From: Phoronis australis
Lineage: Eukaryota > Animalia > Phoronida
Assembly (NCBI GenBank): GCA_002633005.1
Contig: NMRA01000527.1
Coordinates: 1 to 64,000 of the forward strand
Reading direction: 5' to 3'
Length of the DNA stretch: 64,000 nucleotides
Shown here piece after piece: positions 52,085 through 64,000 of the stretch. The first letter of the stretch is position 1, and every line of letters begins with the position of its first letter. The notes beneath the pieces were generated by a model. The model was not told the DNA's origin and did not search any database. It was given only the letters and a program-made list of their open reading frames with translations. Made by a program: the position numbers and the translations under genes.

Positions 52085-53435
52085 CAAATTTTATAATTAA
52101 CTAACAATGTTGGTATATTCAAACATACTTTAATCTTTTTCGGTTTAAATTATTTTTTAGAAACACTCATGTGGACCATAACACCAAATCTGTCTTAAGC
52201 CTATAAAAGTCACTTTTCCTGAACAGACCACTGATCTTTTCCCACTCTTGGTCTGCCAAATGACATGACAAGTAACTTATAAGTCAAAATATGTGTTAAA
52301 CTTTCTATAAAATATAGAAATGAAGACATTAGACAGTAATGTCCTCCTGATGTAGTACATACATTTTGCTTTTAGAAAAAAGCTAAAATAGAAACAGGAT
52401 CCTTATTGTCTGCGGATTGTTTTCATTTCCAAGGATTATCCAGGATCTAGTTTTAATTCACCCTACCTTTTCTTTGTGTTTTCCAGGATAAAATTTTTAT
52501 TTATTTTTTTTTCAGTTTATAGTTCCTATTTTCTATTTTCAAGAATATAGTTTTCAAAGGTTAATAGGTGTTTTGAGGTTGCTCCAATGTTAAAATGAGA
52601 AATAACACACAAAGCATTCCTCTAATAAAGAAAAAGAGTGTGATGTAGTGAATTGCCAACAGCTTCCTCAAATTAGAATGTACACTTCGCAATGGGATTC
52701 AGATAAAGGGCTACCCTAAACTCTCAAAAAATTATGGACAAAAATAATTGCCAAAATTAACCTTTTTTCATTACTCAAGGTCTTCTAAAATCACTGCAAT
52801 GCCCACATTTTACCCAACTCCTTATTGTGATGTGTTAGCTGTCTTCATTATTCTATCCTCCACTCCATTTATTAAGGGTAAATCTCACACTAACATGGTG
52901 TGGACACAGGATTCTTGACCCCATGTCACCAGTGTAAAACAAGAATATTTGAAACTCCAGACCAAAGTTTCTGAGGGAACATTTTTTCTGATAAAATTAT
53001 TTTATGTGTTCAACACTTAGAAGAGAATTATACAGAATACAATTTAGAAAAAAGACCGAATAAAATAAACTTAATTATATTTTGTTTTCCTAACTATCAA
53101 TCCTATGAATATATTTCTGCTTGTTGTGCAACCATGACTAGAAATATTCATATTCAAGATGTATATTAACTGGTCACATTTATAGGAGCCATGACTCCCA
53201 AGTGTAGACTGACATGAATGAAGAGCAACACTACATAAAACAGTTGTCTCTGGCATAAAATGACCCTTTAACATGTTGAGCATGATTGTCTGGGTGACGA
53301 GTTCTGCATTTCAGACACTGCAGGATGCCTGAATATCGCAAGGGTATAACTTTTAAGTGGTAATGATTTTGAATGGAACAAACCTTGTTGAACGAAATTT
53401 GTTTAAAAGTTTACAGAGTATGAATAAAATCTCAC

Positions 53436-53625
53436 TGTGACCTTGAAAATGACCTTGAAAATGATGTCGAGATCACTGAAATCAACTGGAGATGCCTTAC
53501 CTACACCTTGGTGCAGAATGTGAACAAAAACTAAAGCTTTTATGAGACATGCACCAACAACATTTTCTAACTAAAAGCTTAACTTTCTAACTGTGACCTT
53601 GAAAACGATGTTAAGGTCACCAATA
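53436..53625. repeat. TGACCTTGA-type satellite fragment (Helentron-associated repeat-like)
   Basis: Two CTGTGACCTTGAAAA.GATG...G.TCAC units about 150 nt apart. Confidence 0.5.
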
Positions 53626-54344
53626 TTGACTGGAGCCAGCAGATACTTCCAACAGTCCCTCAGTCTACTGTTTCACATCTACTAAATGTTACTCAATACT
53701 CAACATAATGGCAACAGGTGGCGCAGTGGGCAGGACCATGAAATATTCATACTTTCTTGTCACATAAATATCATTTTTATACCCTCAATCTCCTTTTTTC
53801 CTCAATCTCAATTTATACATTTCTAAGGCTAATAACATTCATTAGCGCTTTTAAACTTTAAAACTGACTAGCCGTTACCAGGTTTTCGCAAGGGTAGCAG
53901 CTAGTGGGAAGCGCCGAGAGGAAATAGTGTGCGACTGCGGGATTCTTTCCCCAGGCACTAGAAATTTCTTTCCAGAACATTTGACCCTGCTGTAACACAA
54001 AGTACAATAATCATATATTCTTTAAAGTGAAAACTAAGAATGCATTTAAAAATAGTGTAGAGTACACAACCTATATTGATGTATTTACAAAAGTTGCTTC
54101 ATAAATGTACATACTGAGGTAGAAAGCCAGCTAGCTGTATGAAGACTCGCCAACATACAGCTAGGTAGCCGTGTGTAGAGCTCCGTTAAGATGCCGAAAG
54201 TCCACATAACTTGACCCGGGTGTTCAGCTCGTCACCTCGTCGTGAACTTACCGGTATATATAGAACTAACGACCTGTAGGGGTGCACGCAGAATCTGGGA
54301 ATGAGCTGCCACTCATCTTGCCAGTTACAGCCGTTTATAGAAGT

Positions 54345-55661
54345 AAAAACGAGCAACGCGGAGCGTTGAAATGTGCCCACGAATGCATTGCAAGTGGTAT
54401 GCTTTTAGAGTTGTTTATTTGGATCATCAAAATGGCCACCAGATGGCGCAAAATACGTCGAATCCGTCTGAAAACCAGAAAATGTCCTCGTTTCATTAAA
54501 AGAAAGCCATTTATCAAATTTCATTAAAATTCCTCAAGGAACTTCAGAGTAACAGAGAAAAATGAAATTGCCACTAGGGGGCACAGTGTTTGTGGGATCC
54601 TTCTAAAAGTTATTGTCTTCTCTTGTTAACTTTATATAAATACATGAGCTGAATTTAATAAAGATCCTGCAGAGGGCTTAGAAGATACAAGTATGGGTGA
54701 AAAACCAAAACCACCACTAGGAGGCGGCACAGTAGTCGAAGTCGTCAGAAATTACTCGTCAACCGTCCTCTTCATAGAAAGAGCATACATGCCAACTTTC
54801 ACAATCATCCTTAGAGTGGTTTGGTTGACAGAGGTAGGGACGCCAAAAAACAGACTCGAAAACAACAAAAATGGCCACTATGTGGCGCAAAATACCTTGA
54901 ATCAATCCAAAGATCAATGGCTAGCGTCACCTAACTAATAGATGTCTATGTGCTAAATTTTATGGAAATCTGTTGAGGACCTTTGAAGATAGGGAGGTAA
55001 ACGTAAAAAACTATAATTGCCACTAGGGGGCACACCGGTAAACCGATCTGTCCGAAAGTCGCCGTCGTCTGTTGTCAACTTCATATAAATACGTTTGCTA
55101 AATTTAATAAAGATCCTGAAGAGCATTTAGGAGATACAGCCATAGACGCAAAAACAAACAAAACTGCCACTAGTAGGCGCCACAGTAGTCGAAGTCGTCA
55201 GAAAATCATCGTCAACTGTCTTCTTCATAGTAAGACCATATATGCCAATTTTCACAATCATCCTTCGAGTGGTTTTGGTTGTTAGAGAGGCAGACGCCAA
55301 AAAACGACTCGAAAATAGTAAAAATGGCCAGTAGATGGCGCAAAATGCCTCAAATCCATCCGAAAACCAGAGGATAGCGTCAACTTATTAATAGATGCCT
55401 ATGTGCCAAATTTCCCAAAAATCGGTTAAGAGCCTTTGAAAATACAGAGGTAAACGTAAAAAATAAAATTGCCACTAAGGAGCACAGCAGTAATCGATTC
55501 GGTCCGAAACTCGTCGCCCTGTCGTCAACCCATAGGAACACACCTACCAAATTTCAATAAGACCCTGCAAGGGGTTTAGGAGATACAGCAGCGGACGCCG
55601 GACGCCAGACAGAGATGACGGCAATATGCGACCACATATAAATATGTGGGCGCATAAAAAA
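54345..55661 (+). mobile_element. Non-autonomous Helentron-like (HINE/DINE-type) element with an internal ~150-bp satellite in a ~452-bp higher-order repeat
   Basis: 5' hairpin CAACGC-GGA-GCGTTG and subterminal ATGTGCCCAC (54371-54380). 3' GGACGCC/AGAC microsatellite and hairpin TATGCGACCACATA-TAAA-TATGTGGGCGCATA (55625-55656), whose arm is the imperfect inverted copy of the 5' motif. A-runs at both ends. Confidence 0.75.
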
Positions 55662-56402
55662 CAATCTAATAAACGTTATTTTTCGTAATTCTCCGCCTTT
55701 TGTAACAAAGAAAAATCTGTCATTGTATTGGCCAAACAGTGCCTACTCGTGACACGCGCACGTACGCGCTTTTTCCTAAAATTTTGCGATATCTCTCGAG
55801 AGTTTGTTCTGAAATTGGGTTTTCTGGTATTAAAATATTAAAAACTTGTACCGAAATGAAACCACTTCCGATTGCTATGACATGTACGCAACCTCACAGT
55901 TGATTGAAGAACATGGAAATTGGCCAATAGGTGACGCAGTGGCGCCCAAAAGAGCGCATCGCAATTTTAGCAGCAGAATAACTGTAGAACGTCAATTTTC
56001 CAACACTGGTAAATAATTAGTTTACTGAAGGAAGAGTAAATTTTTTTAATGAGGCATCATTCATTTTGGTGGCGACAGGCCCGATGAATTATCTAAGCAA
56101 CAGAGGCCGGAGGGAGTGAAATTAAGCCGACGGAGTGACGTCACCCAGGCCATTGAGCCGACCGACTCAGTGACGTCACCAAGGCCACCATCCCTCCGCA
56201 TTATGCGAAAAAACGGCCCGCGAGAAAAAAATAGAACACCTCGAATCCAAATAGGGGGCCGGTGCAATTCCTGGGACCAAGGCGGTGCCGAAACGGGCGC
56301 AACGAAGGTCTGTAGTGGAGCGGGGGAGATGGAGTTTGTGCAAACGATGCATTTTATATAATAGATAGGTTTACAAGGGTGAAATCTCTTCTAAAATCCG
56401 GT

Positions 56403-56550
56403 CCTTTAAACCTCTTTCCATGACCTTTAAACCTCTTTCCATGACCTTTAATCCTCTTTCCATGACCTTTAAACCTCTTTCCATGACGTTTAAACCTCTT
56501 TCCATGACGTTTAAACCTCTTTCCATGACGTTTAAACCTCTTTCTATGAC
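56403..56550. repeat. 21-bp tandem repeat x7
   Basis: TTTAAACCTCTTTCCATGAC(C/G) units. Confidence 0.95.
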
Positions 56551-56672
56551 TTTTTTCAGATGGCAACAACATTAAAATCAACAAAACTAATAGACAAATT
56601 TGACCATTTTCCCTTTTTCAACTGTTTCTAATTTTGTTGTGAATGCCAACAATTTCTTAAAACATTGTTTGC

Positions 56673-56818
56673 GGGTACCTCTGGTGTACAGAATTTGAGG
56701 GTACCTATGGTGGACAGAATTTGAGGATACCTATGGTGTACAGATACCTATGGTGGACAGAATTTGAGGGTACCTATGGTGCACAGAATTTGAGGGTACC
56801 TATGGTGTACAGAATTTC
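56673..56818. repeat. 26-bp tandem repeat, ~5-6 copies
   Basis: GGGTACCTATGGTG.ACAGAATTTGA units. Confidence 0.92.
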
Positions 56819-56970
56819 AAAATAATAAAGAATTTGCATGGACCTACTTATAGTAATGAGAAAAAGAAGAAATTCCACTTGTCTGCCATACTGTGTCCAA
56901 AATTGGTGAGATTCTACAGTTATCCTACAGTCAAGGTATAAAAAGCCATTACTTTAAACCTCTTAAACTC

Positions 56971-57042
56971 GTTAGCATTATGTGGCTGGTCTGTGTTAGC
57001 ATTATGTGGCTGGTCTGTGTTAGCATTATGTGGCTGGTCTGT
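56971..57042. repeat. 24-bp perfect tandem repeat x3
   Basis: GTTAGCATTATGTGGCTGGTCTGT x3. Confidence 0.95.
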
Positions 57043-57659
57043 GAATCTAGCTAAATATTTAGGCAACTACACAATTCAACTTAGTAAAAGTAGACATTTT
57101 CTCAAAGTTGAAAGCCCGTAGAACTCCATACCCCCTACCCCCCTCGCGAGGAGTCAGTCAGCCTAATGTCACACCCAAACATATTTCCTGAACAGAGTAT
57201 CCTGATACAATCAAACGTAGATGAACAAAACCATGCCACCACACAACTCCATGCCCACCCAGACAAAGGCATCTAATGAGTAACGTCAATTATCGTAGGT
57301 TATCAAATTCCCCGCTTACCCTTGTTCGCTTATTAGAAACTAGTTAACGCCTGAGTCAGGGACTAATTTAATTTACAGATTTGTCATCAACGTCAGCAGC
57401 GAAGCTTGTTAAGGAGCTTTCCCTAATTGTGCTTCTGTGGGTCATAATGACATTTAACAGTTTTATTGACGTACCGTTTCCTTTCTGTTGGTATTCAAGT
57501 AACATAATTATTGTCTAACTTGTGGTAACAGTAAAGCTATAGGCCCTTTCATACAAACTTAACTCAGGTACGAGTGGAGCATCAATGTAAACTGCGAAGT
57601 TAATTGAACCGTTCATACTGGCTTTGGTAGTAACAGGATCGAAGTAAACGGTAGTGATG

Positions 57660-57803
57660 CAGTTATCATCCAAGTAATGGTAGGTGGCACTGTCATCATC
57701 CAAGTAATGGTAGGTGGCACTGTCATCATCCAAGTAATAGTAGGTGGCACTGCCATCATCCAAGTAATGGTAGATGGCACTGTCATCATCCAAGTAATGG
57801 TAG
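57660..57803. repeat. 30-bp tandem repeat, ~5 copies
   Basis: TCATCCAAGTAATGGTAGGTGGCACTGTCA units. Confidence 0.95.
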
Positions 57804-60166
57804 TGCTAATGCATAAGGTGACGTTCACGTAGACTGAGAAATGGTGGGTTTTTCGCCCTGCGCGTGCTAAGATTTTTTTAACGTGACAATTGAAAAGCAT
57901 TAACATGTGCTAATTAACATAAAACTTATTTCTAATTTGATTGGAGATATTAGAAAATATTAGCCACGACACTGCTCATTAAATGTTGATGATACAGTGC
58001 AGTGGTCCCTGGTGATAACTTCGATGAGACCGAAATGGACCGTTCATACTGCACTACACTCTCGACGCTCCCCCTGTTTACTGCAAAGTTAAATGGGGCT
58101 GTTAACTTCGATACAAGACCAAAGTTAACCGTTCATATTGACCGCAACTCCCCAAAACATCGAGGCCTGGATGTTAGTATGAAAGAGTCTCATGTAGTAA
58201 GTAAGCCATTTATTTTGGAACTGGTGATAACTATTCGTCCATTACTGCAAATGCAATATTAATACTACTAATTTCACTTACTACTAAGTACTGCAATACT
58301 GATAGTAATCGCAAATAGCCAGTATTCAGGATTATCATTCATTAATTTGGCTGTGATTGAAATTGCTAAACACAACACAAAACATTGATGCTGGCTTGCT
58401 AGTAATTAATATCCAACACATGTCAGTGGAGCCCGAGCTGTAAAGGAATGAATGGTCTGTGACTACTTCCACCTGCTACTTTACTCTTTCCTTGCATGAC
58501 TAAATAATGTATTTCAAATTCATTCAGTTGAAAATGTTGAAAACTTTCATTCGTCAAATTTATAGCATAAACATCAAAACGTTCTAGGTTTTTGTAAGTA
58601 AAGTTATTTTCGTATTCTGTCACTAGGTGATTTTCAAAATGCTTATTTTCAGTACTGTTTTGACCTATTGTGCTTCTTTAACTGCTTTAAATCGTGACCA
58701 ACAGTGTTCAAATGAGTCTGATCAAATGCCTGATTTTAAAATGTTTTTTGATCAACAATTATGCATTGTGCATGAACTCTAAATTTGTCATTTTCAACAA
58801 ATTCATTAGCAAATTACATGAAAACATGCAACTTTAAATGCCGCAACATTTTATATTTGAAAATTATCCCTATGAATGAGATGGAAAATGTCAAAAGTAA
58901 AACTGCCATGTGAAAGTCCTCAAAAACCTTATTTAAGCCTCCATAGCTCAGGGCCCATTGACTTAGACTTCCACAGACAACCTCTCCTGCTCAGTTCACT
59001 AATGTAATATTCATTGATGAATGCGGACTTCATTGAGCTGTTTATTCAGAACAAACCCTAAGACTAAACTTGCATAATTAAACCAAAGAACACACAAAAA
59101 CAGACTACGCAATGAAAACAATCTGTAGACCTGGAATGTAGCCAGCCAGGTGACATGATCGCAGACAATGCACTGCTCAAGGTTGGTGTGCAGAAACAAT
59201 TGCTGGACTGTTAGTCCTTAATTAGTATACCTTTTGTAATTATTCCTTCTACTCGTACAGGTATTGGATTTCCACTCAGATCTTGACCTATCTTTATCCC
59301 AAGATGGGCGGAAGGAATTAATCCAGCAACACCTGCCTCTATGGCTAAGCCCCAAAAGAAAATATGGGGTTTTCATTCATGGATGAAATCAGTGCAGGAG
59401 AAAAACAACTATCTATTAATCATTCAAGAGATACTAGGAAAATAAAAAAATATCTGTCGCTGTGCTTCTATAACAATCGTCTCGGCCACACAGGTGGTTT
59501 TGGTCTCGGTGTGTTTGCCAGCTTGCAAACAGTTCAACAACAAAATAGTGGGCTGGTTTTTCAGGAAAGATTGGAAATAAACAGCCAATTCTATTTTGAA
59601 GACAACCCAGAAATTAAAACCATACACAGCACCCACTTAAAAATTCCTTTAGAAGATTATAGATAGTTCAGAGATGAAAATGATGAATTCTTCCTGACTA
59701 GGGCGATGTCATAAAATGAAACGATTACTGTGGAGATGAATGGCAGGTACAAGTATAAAATTGGATTTACTTAATGTGATTTAAAAGCATTGATCAATTC
59801 TTTTCTCGTGTGATAATTGGATTCAAGTGTTTCCAAGAATGTCAGGTAAAAACCATCACTTTATCAGACGTAACTTCAGTGCCGGATGAGTGTCGATGTA
59901 AATTTCTAAGTCAGTTCAACCACTCGTGACGACACACCGGCTCTGATAGTTAGCAGACACCAAAGTTATCACAGACTTATGTGTGAGTCATCAAAGTTAT
60001 CGCAAGATGGCACTTCAAAACGTTATACAAACTTTTTAAATTTTAAGCATCTTACACATGGTCAGATAAGCAATGCAAAAAATTGCTTATGGTTTTAGGA
60101 AGGTAAATATTTAGAGAGAAATGTAATCATACAATGCCACAGTATATGCCGTAACTGACAACGAGA

Positions 60167-60572
60167 CCTGGGCCCGGTCTCTAATCTTTGTACTCGAAAC
60201 GAACTCGAAACTATTTTTGGCAATTTCTCTGCTCCTTTTGTGCGAACTTAAGATAATTGGTTATCAGACTGTGCTCGAATACATTATAGTTTATGCATAG
60301 GGGTTTCTAGTTCAAGTTAGCCCTTGAAGACCCTTATATTCGTGCTACAAACTCGAGTAAAAACTCGAAATTTCGAGTTCAAACTCGAACTTATTGCTTT
60401 AATATTGGGTTTACAAACTGTGAACTAAGGGCAATAAATTATCTACGTAAGTTATTGTGTACTCGAGCATAGAATAATACACTTATTTTGAGTTCGCCCA
60501 AAAGTAGAGTAGAAATTCCAAACCTAATTTCGAGTTCCATTTCGAGTAAAAAGATTGGAGACCGGGCCCAGG
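60167..60572 (+). mobile_element. ~400-bp MITE with long TIRs (possibly PIF/Harbinger-related)
   Basis: CCTGGGCCCGGTCTCTAATCTTTGTACTCGAAA ... TTTCGAGTAAAAAGATTGGAGACCGGGCCCAGG, with 2 mismatches in 33 nt; internal ACTCGAA repeats. The superfamily assignment is inference. Confidence 0.88.
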
Positions 60573-63500
60573 TGATACCTCCGTAGACACCACAGTTTAC
60601 CATTCAAATCAGTCAAAGCGTTGAGGCTCTGGTGTTAAATTCACCAGTTTACAGCGAAGTGACCTTGCGCTGTTCACTTCGGTGGAGGAGTGAAGCTAAC
60701 TCACCATACCAACTGACACTGCACAACAACAGTGAGGCTAGGACAACAGTATGAAAGGCTCCATAGAGCTTGTTTTGTCACCTCATATCATCAAGTATCT
60801 CAGAGCTTTTACATTTCTTAGTCAAATATGCCAATTGAATTTTTTTCAATCCTGAAGTTTCGATAATTTTAGAGACTCTTGAAATCTTGACAAATTCAGA
60901 GAAAAAGTATGCAAGGGTTGGGAGTGGCTGAGGACCCATGCACTAGATTAAAACTAGAGCTGATGAGGATGACCTTCCTTGACCACTGATTACAGGAAAC
61001 ATTTACAAAATTGATAATCTACACCAATGGCATTCAACTTGTAGGAGGCTAGCCATTTATCATGAACGTGGGGAAATTTATAGATGTTTGACACAGCTCA
61101 GTGTACAGAGTCCTAAGCTTTACACAAGTGTACCATAGTGCGGATCACGACATTCGAATGTGAATCTAGTAATTCCCAATGAGTTTTAAATTTTCTGCAA
61201 TGAAGACAACAGCACGGCAACACCGTGAACCCGAAATGGAGGTCTACCCCCATGAAAGAAGCGTTTTGCACTCCAACTCCGCTAAATCTAAGACAAAACA
61301 CTCTAATTCAGCAGAACATGTTAGGTGTTCCCTAGCAGGTGATTCCAGTCTCATGTTACCCACTGCACAGATTTAGAGAGTCAATCAACATCCATCTAGC
61401 TGCCATTGTGTATTGGATAATTAGCAAAATAGGATCAAATGCATCCCTAATGAAGTCTTAGAACACAATGGGCCAACCAGCCACCTGTCATCGGGTGGCA
61501 AAGCCTTTTATATTCACTCTGTTGCATTCCCCTAGGTTTCTTTGAAACAACATGCAGCCGCTGGTGATGTTTAGCCATGCAGATAATGCTTTTGTTGTCA
61601 CTCCAAAGAAACCTGAGAACAGTTGTATTAATTACCTACACCAGTGAGGAGGTGGAGAAAGGTTACATGATCATACATGATATCAAAGCAAAGCCTATGA
61701 GCCTCACTTTGAAGTTGACATGGAACACAGAAAGTAGTACATTTCCCAGAAAGCCTAGAGAGGAATTCACCTTAAGCACAGAAAAGAAAGTCAGTGAAAA
61801 GGCATTTCTGTTTACACATCAGTTTGAAACACAAGGTGTCCAAACAGTGGCTCAAGAAGGAACGACATTTTCCACTTCAGAATGACGAAGTTTTAGCTTC
61901 TAATAACCTCTCAGAACTGAACTCTCCTTTATCGCGGAGGTTGGAAAAGGTTGTCCAAAGCACGAAGACTGACTCAAATCAACAATCATCCACCAATAAT
62001 TATTCAGTTTGCCAGATGTCATGCTGTTGGCACAACACCTCACTACAAAGTAGTAAAATATTATTGGCATCTTGGAGTGTGAAAATCAAATTGAAACAAA
62101 CACAACAATAAATCAAATACAAATCTGAGTAGCAACAACAAACATGGTCATCATCAATAGAATGAAAACAATGTGAGAAAAGTGTTCCACGAGTGTGAAG
62201 AATTGTGGGTGTCAGAGCATTGTGGGTAAACGTCAGAGAATTTAAGAGTTGCAAATGATGTTTACAGTGTCATGTAACAGCAATTAGCGGCAGAATCGGG
62301 ACGTCTTAATTATAACACAAAATGTTTTTAAAAAAGTGCTATGCCAAATGATGTGTCCGTACAGGTTTCCTGGAAAAGAGGCTCAAAAAGCACCAGTAAG
62401 GAGTTTAAGACCTGAAGCAGATATTAGAGTAGTGGCTTGTATAATCTACCTAAGAAAAATAAGAAATGTTGAAAAAAAACATTGTCAGAGGTAAAGCTGC
62501 TATGAAATCAGCTCTGCCCAAAATAGACTTTTCAATTTGATTTCGACCTCTCCTTGTCAAAAAAGTGGTCTCAACATGTTTCCCGTTCAGAAAAAATATA
62601 CATGATTTTGTGATAATATGCTCACGAGTCGGTGACATGATTATTCATCCTACTATGCTCAGGAATTTTTTCTGACAATTATGGAACTATAGTAAGGCAA
62701 TACAACTGCTGTCCAAAGGTATGAACAGCGGTGCGTGTGGTAACACGCTCTGCTAAATCCCTGATTTACAAATGTAATTGCTATTGATTTTGTGAGTAAA
62801 AGGAAAACTGATGAATCATGCAACAGCCAATCAGGGAGACTTAACACAGCCATCTCCTGTTGAAGGAGATTTCCTGAGGGACACATTGTTGAATTGTGTG
62901 AACCCGTTATGTGTCGTTGGACAGAGAAATGGAACAACCCGAGCTTGATAATGGTTTAATACATGGTGACAAATAATAGACAAGCTGCAACTCCTAAGGT
63001 ATCCAATGCACCTGTAGGTCTCTGTTGCAACTCCCAGGGTATACAACATACCTGTAGGGGTCTGAGATGCAGAGTACCTACTGCCTACAAACCAGACCAC
63101 ATGGACTTTTGAAATATGGTGCCTTAAGACCAGCTAACAACAGGCAAATGCTTCTTAGGTGACTATGATACCAGAATTGTCATTTTTCCAGTTTTTGAAC
63201 ATCGCCAAGTGCTGTTCAATGACAGATTTATGGTACTTAAGTGGTAACATACAGTAAAATTGTCTTCCTAAAGTAATGTCATACATTGAACTGCTGTGTG
63301 TGAACTAGGAATCTTGCTTAATCTCACGATCACATATGCGTGAACTAGGAATACAGGAGGAAACTTGACAAGTTCACTCTAACAATCACGTTCATGTTGA
63401 TAAAAATTTGTACTGCACTAAATCAAATAACATGTTAATAAAATAACGTAAATCTGAAGCAATCCTTTTTCAACTATTGGTGATCCTATTATTCACTAAA

Positions 63501-64000
63501 CAATACTTGATTTAACCATTCACATATTCTTCCGATTCTTTGACACAAGTTACGCTAAAGTAGAAAATGGGGCCATGAGGCCAATGATTACAAAAATTTC
63601 AATTGCCCAAATGAATATTCAATTCCAAGTTCACGCATACGCGATCTTGAGATCAAGCAAGATTCCAAGTTCATGCACAACAGAACAACATGACCTTGAG
63701 CAACAATTTGCCCCTGGTCAGCTGAATGTCCAAACTACACACCCCACACTTTGAGACACGATGGAAATTATCGAACGGCACATGTGAAGCTTTCCCCAAC
63801 GGCAATGATTGGTCACAATTTCCTTAAATGTTTTTGGACATTCCACCATCTTTCGATCGTGGAAAGTCAGTAGAAGATGGCTGAACGCAACAAAATAAAT
63901 GTATTACAGACAAGAAGAAAACGTAGCCCGAAATGAAGGCGCCCGCATGCAAGCACACAGCTGTTATCTATCTCCCCCTTGTCCAAACATTTGCGACCAC

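Noticed and set aside
37164-57803. Short direct-repeat arrays as CRISPR
   Set aside because: Head-to-tail repeats without unique spacers, no cas genes, eukaryotic context.
56354-57906. Repetitive peptides (KRFKRHG)n and (DDDSATYHYL)n
   Set aside because: Translations of 21- and 30-bp minisatellites; no evidence of coding.

Overview
AT-rich, repeat-rich animal genomic DNA (invertebrate-like, draft assembly with two N gaps and several single-N joins); no prokaryotic features. Two host genes are recognisable and sit head-to-head about 9 kb apart. (1) A complete two-exon Scratch gene (Snail superfamily; SNAG motif, Scratch motif, five zinc fingers) on + at 18502-22834, with a clear TATA/CCAAT promoter. 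(2) The first two coding exons (9324-9380 and 1206-1314, minus strand, both missed by the ORF track) of a PTP1B/TC-PTP (PTPN1/PTPN2-type) tyrosine phosphatase that continues off the left edge. The rest appears non-coding. It holds a decayed RTE-type LINE, hAT and THAP remnants, a hAT-like element with a 5-bp target duplication, MITEs, a SINE head, minisatellites, and a Helentron-like non-autonomous element carrying eight regularly spaced, co-oriented CTCF-like motifs. Three large tandem duplications joined by N are probably haplotype assembly artefacts. I cannot support a wholly new biological system; the best leads are regulatory, syntenic and transposon-related.
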